Counted from the first letter of the stretch, positions 32,970 through 43,719 are shown. The stretch is 64,000 nucleotides of DNA from Bacillales bacterium UBA1719 (GCA_002317145.1 DCIT01000003.1:23492-87491), one strand, 5' to 3'. The notes: generated by a model not told the origin, from the letters alone. Translations and numbers: made by a program.

Positions 32970-34396
32970 TGAATTTTTCCTCCTGAACCACCAACAGTAA
33001 TTTCTTTAACTCTTAAAGTTGGTTGTCCTGTTGCAACTGGAACCCATCCACTTGCAGAGCCACAATATCCAGTATCCATATCTAAGTCGTTGCCGACCAT
33101 ATCGATATTTTTAAGAATTTCTTCACCAGTTCCAATTAATGTTGCACCTTTAACTCTTTCACATATTTTTCCATTGCGAATGATATAAGCGGTGGAGCAG
33201 CTAAATTCAAATTGTCCTGTAATTGGATTAACTGATCCTCCTCCTAATCTTTTCGCATATAATCCTAGTTTTGTAGATTTAATTATTTCTTCTGGAGTGG
33301 ATTTTCCGTTATCAATATAAGTATTCGACATACGAGTGGTAGGTTCAAATTTATAACTTTGTCTACGACACGAACCGTTCGCATCTCTTTTCATTCTTCT
33401 TCCGTAAAATCTATCAACCATATAATTTTTTAAGATCCCGTTTTTAATTAAACAGTTTCTAGTTGTTTTATTTCCTTCATCATCAATGTTATTTGTTCCC
33501 CATCTACCTTTGATGGTTCCATCATCATAAGCAGTCACCAATGAAGATGCGATTTTAGTATTTAAACGATTAGGAGTAAATGTAGATAAATTTTTAGAAA
33601 CTGCACAGGCTTCAAGAGAATGCCCACAAGCTTCATGAAATAAAACTCCTCCAACGCCATTACCGATAACTACTGGCATTTTACCAGAAGGACAATCTTT
33701 AGCGTTTAAAGCTTCAACTGCATCTTTTGCAACATCTTTTGCAATTTTTTCTAAGTTAATTTTCTTAGTAAAATAATTCATCGAACCAGTTGTACCTGGA
33801 ACATTTAATGCCATCTCATGTTTATCGCCTTTAACTGAGAATGCTTGAATTATTAAACGCGTATGTTCTTTCTTATCTTTAATATGCAATCCTTCTGAAT
33901 TAAATATTTCGATAGATTTTTTATCACCCGCAAAAGCACATACTGTTCTATTAATTAACTTAGATTCTTTTTTAATAATCTTTGTTAATTTATCTAGTAT
34001 TTCTATTCTTTTATTAATTGGAGTTAAAAAATAACTTTCATCATTTTCGTTAATGTTTGTGACTTTTTTATCTTTAAAATCTTTGCATTTAATTTTTCTT
34101 TTACTAGAAAATGCTGAACGTAATTTTTTAACTAACTTTAATAAATTTTCTTTATCTATTTCGTTTGTGTATCCATAGACACTTCTATTGTTTTTAAGTA
34201 GTCTAATTCCTACTCCTGTTGAGTTATTTGATCCGATAGATTCAACGATTCCATTATCAAAATTAATTGAATGAGTGTAGGTTTCTTCAAAATAGAGTTC
34301 GCTAAAATCTGCGCCAGTGCTTAATCCTTCGTTAAGGATAAGTTTGGCTAGTTGTTTATTAATCATTTGTATAGTTATCAAAATATCCTTGAACAA
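32966..34396 (-). CDS. tldD: TldD metalloprotease
   Basis: HExxxH-type motif HEACGHSLE and a Gly-rich C-terminal beta region, 476 aa. Confidence 0.88.
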   Translation of the reverse strand: MFKDILITIQMINKQLAKLILNEGLSTGADFSELYFEETYTHSINFDNGIVESIGSNNSTGVGIRLLKNNRSVYGYTNEIDKENLLKLVKKLRSAFSSKRKIKCKDFKDKKVTNINENDESYFLTPINKRIEILDKLTKIIKKESKLINRTVCAFAGDKKSIEIFNSEGLHIKDKKEHTRLIIQAFSVKGDKHEMALNVPGTTGSMNYFTKKINLEKIAKDVAKDAVEALNAKDCPSGKMPVVIGNGVGGVLFHEACGHSLEACAVSKNLSTFTPNRLNTKIASSLVTAYDDGTIKGRWGTNNIDDEGNKTTRNCLIKNGILKNYMVDRFYGRRMKRDANGSCRRQSYKFEPTTRMSNTYIDNGKSTPEEIIKSTKLGLYAKRLGGGSVNPITGQFEFSCSTAYIIRNGKICERVKGATLIGTGEEILKNIDMVGNDLDMDTGYCGSASGWVPVATGQPTLRVKEITVGGSGGKIQ

Positions 34397-35549
34397 GAAT
34401 TATAGGAGTACCTTTATCTCCTGAACCACTTGTTAAATCACATAATGATCCAAGTAAGTCAGTTATTTGACGTGGGGTAGTTCCTTGAGTAGCCATGCTA
34501 CCTTTTAAATCTTTTGCTTTATGTTTAATTGAATTAGAAATAGCTTCTTTTAATGCTTCACCTTTTAGGTTTTTAAAATCGTTATCCGCTAAATATTTAA
34601 GTTTTAATTCATTAGGAGTTCCGATTAATCCTTTAGTGTGAAATGGTGAGACAACTGGATCTGCTAATTCCCAAATTTTACCTTGAGGATCTTTAAATGC
34701 TCCATCACCATAAACCATGACTTCAACATGTTTACCAGTAGCTTTTAAAATATCTTCTTGAATGCCATCAACTAAACCTTGAGCATCTCTTGGGAAGAGT
34801 TTAACAGTCTCTTCAGTTGCTTTGTTACTTCCGAGTAATCCGTAATCTTTGTTATAGCCGCTTCCATCCACGCTAGAGGTAAGAATATCATCCATTCCTA
34901 AAACAATTTCTGCGCCAGCTTCTTTTAATAATCTCTTAGTTCTAACGCGTGTATGAATATCGCAGTTTAAAACTTTCTTAGTATATTTAAGAATAGCTCT
35001 AGCTTGATTCGCGAATATAATTTCAACATCGCATCCTTCACCTTTAATTAATTCTGAATAGTATTCAATATAATCAACTCCGGTGAATTCATGCTTGTTG
35101 AATCCGAATAATTCGCGATATTGTTCTAAAGTTAATACATCAGAATATGGATTAACTTTTTTAGCATCTAAGGTATCGTAATCTAATAATGAGTTACCAA
35201 CTTCATCAGAAGGATAAGAGAGCATTAATATAATTTTCTTTGCGCCTCTTGCCATACCTTTTAATAGAATTGAAAAACGGTTACGTGAGAAGATTGGGAA
35301 GATAACTCCGATGGTATCTCCTCCAAATTTATTTTTAATATCTTTTCCAATTGCGTCGATAGTAGCGTAGTTACCTTGAGATCTAGCTACTACTGATTCA
35401 GTAACAGCGATAACGTCTTTATCTCTTAATTCAAAGTTATCAGTTTTACCTGCAGTTAATACTGCATCGACAACAATCTTTCTTAGATTATCGCCTTCTT
35501 TTATAATTGGGCATCTTATGCCTCTACTGATAGTTCCAACATTTCTCAT
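34359..35549 (-). CDS. CofE-like (F420-0:gamma-glutamyl ligase family) amide-ligase homolog of unknown function
   Basis: N-terminal R.IRCPIIKEGDNL and C-terminal ...DLTSGSGDKGTPIILVQGY resemble the CofE fold pattern. 396 aa. Assigned from memory of the family, so moderate. Confidence 0.5.
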   Translation of the reverse strand: MRNVGTISRGIRCPIIKEGDNLRKIVVDAVLTAGKTDNFELRDKDVIAVTESVVARSQGNYATIDAIGKDIKNKFGGDTIGVIFPIFSRNRFSILLKGMARGAKKIILMLSYPSDEVGNSLLDYDTLDAKKVNPYSDVLTLEQYRELFGFNKHEFTGVDYIEYYSELIKGEGCDVEIIFANQARAILKYTKKVLNCDIHTRVRTKRLLKEAGAEIVLGMDDILTSSVDGSGYNKDYGLLGSNKATEETVKLFPRDAQGLVDGIQEDILKATGKHVEVMVYGDGAFKDPQGKIWELADPVVSPFHTKGLIGTPNELKLKYLADNDFKNLKGEALKEAISNSIKHKAKDLKGSMATQGTTPRQITDLLGSLCDLTSGSGDKGTPIILVQGYFDNYTND

Positions 35550-35551
35550 AT

Positions 35552-36985
35552 TTATTTTTTCTCCTTATCAATAATGTTACGTGCGATATAGACTCCACAT
35601 GCACCGGCTTGTGCTAGTCCACGGGTTAATCCTGCGCCATCTCCGCCGACATATAAATTCTTAATATTGTTCACTTCTAATTTGTTATCAATATCTGGAT
35701 GAGCGGAATAATATTTAGATTCAACTCCATATAGTAATGTATGATCCATCGCAATACCTGGAGTAATGTGATCTAATACTTTAATCATTTCAACAATTGA
35801 TCTCATGGTCTTATATGGCAAGACTAACGCTAAATCTCCTGGGACTGCTTCTTTTAATGTAGGTTTAACAAATCCTTCTTTTAATCTCTTATAAGTAGAA
35901 CGACGACCTGCGAGGATGTCACCAAATTTTTGAACTATAACAGTTCCACAGCTTAATTGATTTGCTAATTTAGAAACTTTATAAGCATATTCATTAGGTT
36001 TCTTAAATGGTTCTTCAAAGTGATGAGTAACTAGTAAAGCAAAGTTAGTATTTTTACTATGAAGTTTTGGATCAGAATATGAGTGACCGTTAACGTTAAC
36101 GACTCCATCATAATTCTCTACGACAACGTGTCCACCAGGGTTAGAGCAGAATGTTCTAACATAGTTACCAGCCTTAGTTCTATAAACAAATTTACCTTCA
36201 TATAAATTGTCATTAATTTCTTGCATGATTCTGTTATCTGTTTCAACACGAACTCCGATATCTACTTGATTTTGAGTCATCTTCACTCCGCGGTTTTCTA
36301 ATATAGTAGATAACCATGAATTGCCTTCTCTTCCGACAGCGACTACAACATATTTAGAATTTATCACTGTCCCATCTTTTAAGATAACACCTTCAACTTT
36401 ATTATTCTTTACAATGATATCTTTAACAACAGTAGCGAACTTCATATCGACATGTTGTTTTAAGACGTTATAAATTTTAGTTAAGATTTTTAAGTTCTCT
36501 TCTGTTCCTAGATGTCTTACTTTCGCTCTTAAGAGTTTAACTCCAACAGACATTGCTCTTAATTCAATCTCTTGAACTTTCTTAGTCATTGGATTAGTAA
36601 TTTCTTTAGTCGCTCCAAATTTAAGATTTATATCATCGACATAATTAATTAACTTTAATAATTCTTCATCATCAATATAATCAGTTAACCATCCACCAAA
36701 CTCAGTAGTGATATTAAATTTACCATCTGAATATGCGCCTGCACCACCAAATCCATTAGTAATGCTACAAGCTGGTAAACATGATCCTTGACCAGATTTT
36801 GTCATAGGACATTTTTCAATCTTATGCTCTAAAACTGGACAATGACGTTTAGTAATATCTAAACCTTTATCAATGAGAAGAACTTTCTTGTTTGGTTTCT
36901 TCTTCATTAATTCATAAGCGGCGAAGTATCCTGCTGGACCTGCCCCTACTATAATTACATCGTATTTTTTCATATCTTTTCTCAC
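35552..36985 (-). CDS. FAD-dependent oxidoreductase (COG2509-like uncharacterized flavoprotein)
   Basis: N-terminal Rossmann motif DVIIVGAGPAGYFAAYEL and C-terminal GGDGAG, 477 aa. Confidence 0.75.
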   Translation of the reverse strand: MRKDMKKYDVIIVGAGPAGYFAAYELMKKKPNKKVLLIDKGLDITKRHCPVLEHKIEKCPMTKSGQGSCLPACSITNGFGGAGAYSDGKFNITTEFGGWLTDYIDDEELLKLINYVDDINLKFGATKEITNPMTKKVQEIELRAMSVGVKLLRAKVRHLGTEENLKILTKIYNVLKQHVDMKFATVVKDIIVKNNKVEGVILKDGTVINSKYVVVAVGREGNSWLSTILENRGVKMTQNQVDIGVRVETDNRIMQEINDNLYEGKFVYRTKAGNYVRTFCSNPGGHVVVENYDGVVNVNGHSYSDPKLHSKNTNFALLVTHHFEEPFKKPNEYAYKVSKLANQLSCGTVIVQKFGDILAGRRSTYKRLKEGFVKPTLKEAVPGDLALVLPYKTMRSIVEMIKVLDHITPGIAMDHTLLYGVESKYYSAHPDIDNKLEVNNIKNLYVGGDGAGLTRGLAQAGACGVYIARNIIDKEKK

Positions 36986-37321
36986 CGGTTGTATATTTTA
37001 TCATAATGATAAAAATATATTTAATTTTCTTTAACCTCTTCGATTTTATCTATATTTATAAATAAATATAAAAAAATAATTCGTGAATTTTAACTACTTT
37101 TTAAGTAATTAAATAGTAAGGGCATTATTTTCTTTGTCTAATGCCTAGATAAATAATAAGGAGGTTTAATAAAATTAAAGACAAAGATAATGACATATAA
37201 ATTTATTTTGCGTATTTAAATAAGTAAGTATAGTATATATACACGCGATTAATAAAGTTAGTCGCTAGCTCTCTTGCTATTAAATAGATTAATAGCCAGA
37301 TGTCCAAAGGAGGGAAATGTA

Positions 37322-37612
37322 ATGAAAAAGTACGAGATTATGTACATCTTGAAGGCAGACTTAGAAGAGGCTGCTAGAAAGAAAGAAGTTGAGAAACTTC
37401 ACAACATTTTGACTAACAACGGAGCAAAAATCACTAAGGTTGATGAATGGGGAGTCAAAGACTTCGCCTATGAAATCAAAGACCAAAAGAAAGGTTTTTA
37501 CGTTGTTTTAAAAGTTACTGCAGAAGCAGAATGTCTTAATGAATTCTCACGTTTAGTACGCATTAATGAAAACGTTATACGTCATTTAATTACCGTTGCA
37601 CACGGTAACTAA
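37322..37612 (+). CDS. rpsF: 30S ribosomal protein S6
   Basis: MKKYEIMYIL... with RBS aaggaggg 9 nt upstream. The ORF track start at 37274 is probably too far upstream. Confidence 0.92.
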   Translation: MKKYEIMYILKADLEEAARKKEVEKLHNILTNNGAKITKVDEWGVKDFAYEIKDQKKGFYVVLKVTAEAECLNEFSRLVRINENVIRHLITVAHGN

Positions 37613-37638
37613 TTAACTAAATGGAGGAAAAATAAAAA

Positions 37639-38067
37639 ATGGTTAATAGAGTAGTTATTGTTGGTCGCTTAACACGTGACCCAGAACTAAGAAAAACGAA
37701 CACAGATCGTCCTGTAGCTTCGTTTACAGTTGCGGTTGATAACCGCACAAAAGGAGCAGATGGTCAAAAATCTGCTAGCTTCATTCCAGTTACAGTTTGG
37801 AATGAACAAGCAAACAATGTTTGCAAATATTGTCGTAAAGGTTCTTTAGTCGGTGTCGATGGACGCTTACAACAAAGAAGCTATGATAAAAAAGATGGAT
37901 CTAAAGCAAATGTTTTAGAAGTCATCGCTGATTCTGTTCAATTCTTAGAACCAAAAGGATCTAAACCAGTTGAAGCAGCTGAAGCAAAAGAAGACATCTC
38001 TCAAGAAGAATCAACAGATTCCAAAATGGAAAGTGTTGATATCGTTGATGATGACCTTCCATTCTAA
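37639..38067 (+). CDS. ssb: single-stranded DNA-binding protein
   Basis: OB fold MVNRVVIVGRLTRDPELR and the acidic C-terminal tip DDDLPF. Confidence 0.93.
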   Translation: MVNRVVIVGRLTRDPELRKTNTDRPVASFTVAVDNRTKGADGQKSASFIPVTVWNEQANNVCKYCRKGSLVGVDGRLQQRSYDKKDGSKANVLEVIADSVQFLEPKGSKPVEAAEAKEDISQEESTDSKMESVDIVDDDLPF

Positions 38068-38086
38068 TTAAAGGAGATAAAATAAA

Positions 38087-38314
38087 ATGGGATTTAAGAA
38101 AGTAAGAACCCACAAGAAATCATGCTATTTCAAAAAAGCACATATCGAGTGGATTGACTATAAAGATGTCGAATTACTTCAAAGATTTATAATGCCAAAC
38201 GGAAAGATTATGCCTAGCTATCTTTCTGGCACAAGTGCGAAGTATCAACGTCAATTAGCAAGAGCAATTAAGAATGCTCGTTATATGGGTTTATTACCAT
38301 TCATTGCTGAATAA
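38087..38314 (+). CDS. rpsR: 30S ribosomal protein S18
   Basis: [26 protein letters not shown]. Confidence 0.93.
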   Translation: MGFKKVRTHKKSCYFKKAHIEWIDYKDVELLQRFIMPNGKIMPSYLSGTSAKYQRQLARAIKNARYMGLLPFIAE

Positions 38315-38330
38315 GATATAGATAAAAATT

Positions 38331-38356
38331 AGACCACTTCGGTGGTCTTTTTTTAT
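38331..38356 (+). terminator. rho-independent terminator after rpsR
   Basis: agaccacttcggtggtct followed by T8. Confidence 0.7.
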
Positions 38357-38499
38357 TTATATCAGGATATTATATTTATATATTTAATTAAATATATAAA
38401 AATATTATAAATAATTATTATTTTATAAATAATTATTATTTTATTAACCACTTTTTCTTTTATAAAAGAAATAAGTGATATAATATCCATACTTGATTT

Positions 38500-40524
38500 A
38501 TGAAGAAAGTATTTAAAAATATCAGATTAATTTATACCTTATTTGCAGCTTTTGAAATAGTTGTCATTGGTATTTTGTTATTGTTATATTTCTTAGATAT
38601 TGATGGAATGCAGAAAGGATTTTCAGGTTTAACTGCATTTATTATTTCGATTATTGTTATTACTGTTAACGTTTTATTTATTGGGTTTACTTTGTTAAGA
38701 GTTTATTACATGAGACAGAGTTCTGATTTACGCGCTGCACAATTAGTAGGTCAAGATGTTCAAGAAGCTTATAACTTCGGTATGATTGGTTTAGTTGTTG
38801 TTGATGAACATGATGATGTTATTTGGCATAATGATTTGTTTGAAAGCAGAAATATTAAATTATTAGATGAGAATATTTTGACTTGGCATCCTAAATTAAA
38901 AGAATTAAAAACTGCAGAAGGAAACACACATACAATCAAGATTACTCATAACTCAAAAGAGTATGAAGTTAAATATCTTAAAGATGCAAGATTATACATT
39001 TTTAAAGATATTACTGATTTACAAACTATAACAACATACGCTAGAGATAAAGCGGTAGTTATCGGAGTTATTATGATTGATAACTTCTCTGATATTTCTG
39101 ATACTTCAGATGATAGTAACGATGTTATTTCTAAGATTAGAAATGCCATATTTGATTATGGAAAAGAGCATCGTGTATGTTTAAGAAGATATCGTAATGA
39201 TGCTTATTTTGCGGTTTGTGATTTTGCCTCATTAGAATCTATGAGAGCAGATCAATTTTCTATCTTAGAGACTGTTAGACAATTAGGAGCGAAGGAACCA
39301 ACTCCTCCAACTTTGTCTGCCGGATTTGCTTATGATTTCCCAGATATTAATAAATTACATGATATGGCGACTGACGCTATTGATATCGCAATGAGTAGAG
39401 GTGGAGACCAAGTCGTTGTTTCTAAATATGGTGAAGATTTAGTCTTCTATGGTGGTAAGACTGAAGCTCTTGAAACACGTAATAAAGTTAAAGTTCGTGT
39501 TTTAGCAAACTCATTAATCGCTACTATTAAGAATGCTAAAAATGTATTTGTATTAGGACACGCTGATGCAGATATGGATGCTATTGGTAGTTGCCTTGGT
39601 ATCATGGCAATCTGTCATTATTTAAAGAAACCAGTAAGCATGGTTTATGATCAAAAGATGATTGAAAAGAAAGCTAGAGGAGCATTCATTAGCACCTTTA
39701 CAAAAGAAGAAATTAATAAGATGACTATTCATCCAAAAGATGTTGTTGATGAAGTTAAACCCACAACCTTAGTTATCTTAGTTGACTGCCATAGACCTTC
39801 ATTATCTATGTGTCCTAGACTATTAGAAAAAGCTAGTAAGATAGTTGTTATTGATCACCATAGAAGAAGTGAAGAATTCGTTGAAATGCCAGTATTCTCG
39901 TACATTGAACCTAGTGCATCGAGTGCTTCAGAATTAATTAGTGAGCTCATAAATTACGCTACAGTTAATCCCAAGATTGAGATATCTGCAGAGGCAGCAA
40001 CTATTATGCTTTCTGGTATCTATCTAGACTCTAATTTCTTTAAAACAAAGACAACTGGAATTAGAACATTTGAAGCATCAATGTTATTAAAAGAATTTGG
40101 TGCGGATAACTCAAAAGCTGACGACTTCTTAAAAGATGAATTTGAAGAATATACATTGATTACTCAAATAGCTTCAACATTAAAAACTCCACATGTTGGT
40201 GTTGTTTATTGTTGTGCTGGTGAAGATTATAATGTTGAACCTGCGACTTTAGCGAAAGTCGCTAATCAATGTATGCAAATGAAAGGCGTTAATGCAGCTT
40301 TTGTTATTGGTAAGATTAATGATAAAGAAGCAAGAATATCTTGTCGTAGTGATGGAACAATTAATATTCAATTACTAGCTGAGAAGATGGGCGGTGGCGG
40401 ACACTTTACTGCTGCGGCAGTCCCTTGTAAAAATATGTCTGTTAAAGATGCTGAATCAACTTTATTAAATATCTTAGAGTCTTATTTAAAGAAAGCGCAA
40501 TCAACGATAAATAAAGGCAATTAA
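38500..40524 (+). CDS. gdpP: GdpP-type cyclic-di-AMP phosphodiesterase (2 TM, PAS, degenerate GGDEF, DHH/DHHA1)
   Basis: Two N-terminal TM helices. DHH motifs HADADMDAIGS and VVIDHHRR, and DHHA1 GGGGH. Conserved position before rplI and dnaB. Confidence 0.88.
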   Translation: MKKVFKNIRLIYTLFAAFEIVVIGILLLLYFLDIDGMQKGFSGLTAFIISIIVITVNVLFIGFTLLRVYYMRQSSDLRAAQLVGQDVQEAYNFGMIGLVVVDEHDDVIWHNDLFESRNIKLLDENILTWHPKLKELKTAEGNTHTIKITHNSKEYEVKYLKDARLYIFKDITDLQTITTYARDKAVVIGVIMIDNFSDISDTSDDSNDVISKIRNAIFDYGKEHRVCLRRYRNDAYFAVCDFASLESMRADQFSILETVRQLGAKEPTPPTLSAGFAYDFPDINKLHDMATDAIDIAMSRGGDQVVVSKYGEDLVFYGGKTEALETRNKVKVRVLANSLIATIKNAKNVFVLGHADADMDAIGSCLGIMAICHYLKKPVSMVYDQKMIEKKARGAFISTFTKEEINKMTIHPKDVVDEVKPTTLVILVDCHRPSLSMCPRLLEKASKIVVIDHHRRSEEFVEMPVFSYIEPSASSASELISELINYATVNPKIEISAEAATIMLSGIYLDSNFFKTKTTGIRTFEASMLLKEFGADNSKADDFLKDEFEEYTLITQIASTLKTPHVGVVYCCAGEDYNVEPATLAKVANQCMQMKGVNAAFVIGKINDKEARISCRSDGTINIQLLAEKMGGGGHFTAAAVPCKNMSVKDAESTLLNILESYLKKAQSTINKGN

Positions 40525-40526
40525 TT

Positions 40527-40976
40527 ATGAAAGTGATACTTCTTCAAGATGTTAAAAATGTAGGTAAGATGGATCAAATAGTTGATGTATCTGATGGATA
40601 TGCAACGAACTTTTTGTTACCACGTAAATTAGCGGTTAGACATAATGCTGAATCTCAATCAGCGTTAGATAGAAAGCACGCAAATATTCAAAAACAAATT
40701 GAAGAAGATAAACAAATCGCTATTCAAAATAAAGATAAATTAAATAATATAACTCTAGAGTTTACGGCTAAAGCTGCTCCAGATGGAAGAATGATTGGAT
40801 CAATATCTTATAAACAAATTGAGGATGAATTAAAAAATAAATTTAACATCATCATCGATAAAAGAAAGTTTATTGATAAATATCCAGTTAATGCTTTTGG
40901 TACAACAAAACTTAAAATTGAATTGTTTAAAGAAGTTGTTGGTGTTGTTAATGTTCATGTAAGTGTAGGAAAGTAG
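40527..40976 (+). CDS. rplI: 50S ribosomal protein L9
   Basis: MKVILLQDVKNVGK..., 149 aa. Confidence 0.92.
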   Translation: MKVILLQDVKNVGKMDQIVDVSDGYATNFLLPRKLAVRHNAESQSALDRKHANIQKQIEEDKQIAIQNKDKLNNITLEFTAKAAPDGRMIGSISYKQIEDELKNKFNIIIDKRKFIDKYPVNAFGTTKLKIELFKEVVGVVNVHVSVGK

Positions 40977-40977
40977 T

Positions 40978-42522
40978 ATGGCGATAGGGATAGATAAATT
41001 ACCAAGAAATATAGAAGCAGAGAAAGCAACTTTAGGAGCGATGATGTGCTCTAGAAGTGCAAAAGATGAAGCGTTATCTAGCATTGGATCTGCTGAACTT
41101 TTCTTTGATAAAAATCATCAAAAAATATTTACTGCTATCTATAATTTAAACTATAAAAATAATAAAGTTGATATTCAAACTGTTACTCAAGAATTAAAGA
41201 ATATGAAGTGTCTTGATGAAGTTGGTGGAGTTGATTATTTATATGAATTAACTCAATCAATGTTATCTGAAGATAATGTCACTGAATATATTGATATTGT
41301 TAAAGAGAATGCGAACTTAAGAAATTTATTATTAGCCTTTGGAGAGATAGAAGCAGAATACTTAAAATCAAATATTGATAGTTTCTCTTCATTTGTCGCT
41401 AATGCGCAAAAGAAAATTGATAAGATAGCGGAAGAAAGAAAGATTTCTAATTTCTCTTCTAGCTCAGATATTGTTCAACAAGTTACTCATCACATTTTTG
41501 ATATTATCGGTAAACATAGTCAAGATAGATTAACTGGAGTTAATACTGGATTTGATGCATTAAATTACTACACGAACGGATTACAAAATGAAACATTAAA
41601 TATCATTGCTGGCCGTCCTGGATGCGGTAAAACTGCATTAGCATTAAACATTGCTTTAAATGCTGCTAAATCAGGAGTACCTGTTGGAATATTCGAAATG
41701 GAAATGAGTGCTATTTCTTTATACACTCGTTTAGTTTCTAATATCTCTTCTGTTGTTGGTAAACACATCTCTACTGGAAATATTGATAAGAGCGAAAAGA
41801 GTGCTATTCATGAAGCTTTAGAGACATTATCAACTTTAAAAATATTTGTTGATGAATCAAGTGCATTAACAATTTTAGATTTACAAGCAAAGGCTCGTAA
41901 ATTAAAAACTGAAGAACCAAATTTAGGATTATTAATTATTGACCATTTAGGTTTAATTTCACCTGATAGACAAAGCAATAAAAAATATAATTCTCGTCAA
42001 TTAGAGATTCAAGAATATACAAGAGTGTTACATGAATTAGCACGTGATTTAAAGATACCTGTTGTTTTACTTTGCCAGCTCAATAGAAAAGTTGAAGATC
42101 GTGGTGAAGGCGGTATTCCTCGTTTAAGTGATTTACGTGAATCTGGTTCTATTGAACAAGACGCTGATATCGTTTTATTACTACATAGAGAAGATTACGG
42201 TAAGAGCGATATAGTTAAAGAGAAAGAACAAGAAGAACAAAAGAAAAACGCAAATACCGGAACTACTGCAGCGAATATGTCAGATGAAAGTAGAAGAAAA
42301 CTTGAAAAGCAAATTAAAGAAAAAGCTTTCCGTGATACATTACCAGAAGATAAGAAAAATGCTCCATTTATGGATGTTATTATTGCGAAGAATAGAAACG
42401 GTGAAGCTGATAGATCTTTCCAATTATTATTTGATAAGGAATGTTCTAAATTCCAAGACGTCCCTCGCGATTATTACAATAAAGCACAAGCTCTTATTAA
42501 TAAATATAACGAAGAAGATTAA
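40978..42522 (+). CDS. dnaB: replicative DNA helicase (DnaB family; B. subtilis DnaC) with a ~40 aa charged insertion and a C-terminal extension
   Basis: Walker A GRPGCGKTA, Walker B LLIIDHL, IIAKNRNGE near the C-terminus, 514 aa. Confidence 0.95.
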   Translation: MAIGIDKLPRNIEAEKATLGAMMCSRSAKDEALSSIGSAELFFDKNHQKIFTAIYNLNYKNNKVDIQTVTQELKNMKCLDEVGGVDYLYELTQSMLSEDNVTEYIDIVKENANLRNLLLAFGEIEAEYLKSNIDSFSSFVANAQKKIDKIAEERKISNFSSSSDIVQQVTHHIFDIIGKHSQDRLTGVNTGFDALNYYTNGLQNETLNIIAGRPGCGKTALALNIALNAAKSGVPVGIFEMEMSAISLYTRLVSNISSVVGKHISTGNIDKSEKSAIHEALETLSTLKIFVDESSALTILDLQAKARKLKTEEPNLGLLIIDHLGLISPDRQSNKKYNSRQLEIQEYTRVLHELARDLKIPVVLLCQLNRKVEDRGEGGIPRLSDLRESGSIEQDADIVLLLHREDYGKSDIVKEKEQEEQKKNANTGTTAANMSDESRRKLEKQIKEKAFRDTLPEDKKNAPFMDVIIAKNRNGEADRSFQLLFDKECSKFQDVPRDYYNKAQALINKYNEED

Positions 42523-43274
42523 TGAAATATTATTTGTTTTCTAGTGGATCACAAGGAAATGCAACTTTGATTATCGATAAAGATGCTTGTATCTTAATTG
42601 ATTTAGGTATCCCAAGAAGACAATTAATTGATCATCTAGCAAACATTAATCTAACGATAGACAAGATAGATTTTATTTTATTAACTCACGAACATTCAGA
42701 TCATATAAAAGGTTTAGATACTATTCATAACATACCTATTTATGGTGGAGAAAACACTTATAAAAGCGATAACTTTAAAACAATAGAACCATATAAAGAT
42801 TTTAAATATAAAAGCTTAAATATTGTTCCTATTGAATTATCTCATGATGCTAAAACTCCATTAGGTTTTATTATTAATAACAGCAAAGAAAAACTAGTAT
42901 TTGTCACTGATACAGGGTATGTTTCAGAAAAGAATATGAGTTATATGAAGAACGCTGATTACTATATTTTTGAATCTAATCATAATAGAAATATGTTATT
43001 AAAAACTAATCGTCCATTATATGTAAAAGAAAGAATCATGTCTGAATTTGGACATTTATCTAATGAAGATTGTGCGATGTATTTAAATGAACTAATTGGA
43101 AATAAAACAAAAGAAATTATATTAGCGCATATATCTATGGAAGCTAATACATATGAGCTAGCAAGAGAAACTTGTGTAAAATATTTAAAGAGTAAAATGG
43201 TCGATGTTGATAAATTATCAATAAGGACTGCAAAACAATTTGAATCTTGTGAAGGAGGATGTTATGAAGATTAA
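42522..43274 (+). CDS. MBL-fold metallo-hydrolase (YycJ-like)
   Basis: HEHSDH zinc motif, 250 aa, sits before rlmH as yycJ does in Bacillus. Confidence 0.8.
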   Translation: MKYYLFSSGSQGNATLIIDKDACILIDLGIPRRQLIDHLANINLTIDKIDFILLTHEHSDHIKGLDTIHNIPIYGGENTYKSDNFKTIEPYKDFKYKSLNIVPIELSHDAKTPLGFIINNSKEKLVFVTDTGYVSEKNMSYMKNADYYIFESNHNRNMLLKTNRPLYVKERIMSEFGHLSNEDCAMYLNELIGNKTKEIILAHISMEANTYELARETCVKYLKSKMVDVDKLSIRTAKQFESCEGGCYED

Positions 43275-43719
43275 AGTTATCGCCGTGGGTAAATTAAAGA
43301 AATCATATTTAACAGACGGCATTAATGATTATCTTGCACGATTAAATCATTATGCAAAGACTGAAATAATCGAAGTAAAAGATGTTGATGACACTCTTCC
43401 TAGAGCAAAAGAAATTGAAGGTGAAAATATTCTTAAACAAATAAAAGATAAAGATCACGTCGTTGCTTTAACATTAAGAGAAGACATGATTGATAGTGAA
43501 GATTTAGCGAAAAAAATGCAAAAGTATTTAACTAAAGTTGAATCGCTTGTATTTATTATTGGTGGATCTTTAGGCTTATCTGATGATGTTTTAAAAAGAG
43601 CGAATTATAAATTAACTTTATCTAAATTCACATTCCCTCATCAATTAACAAGATTAATTATCTTAGAACAACTCTATAGAAGTTTTAAAATAATTAATAA
43701 TGAGAAGTATCATAAATAG
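43267..43719 (+). CDS. rlmH: 23S rRNA (pseudouridine1915-N3)-methyltransferase RlmH (SPOUT)
   Basis: MKIKVIAVGKLKKSYL..., RBS ggagga. The ORF track start at 43240 is probably too far upstream. Confidence 0.88.
   Translation, partial: KIKVIAVGKLKKSYLTDGINDYLARLNHYAKTEIIEVKDVDDTLPRAKEIEGENILKQIKDKDHVVALTLREDMIDSEDLAKKMQKYLTKVESLVFIIGGSLGLSDDVLKRANYKLTLSKFTFPHQLTRLIILEQLYRSFKIINNEKYHK

Noticed and set aside
38401-38440. Tandem ~20-nt duplication (taaataattattattttat x2) upstream of gdpP
   Set aside because: It is low-complexity AT-rich promoter DNA, probably slippage, with no sign of function beyond UP-element-like AT richness.
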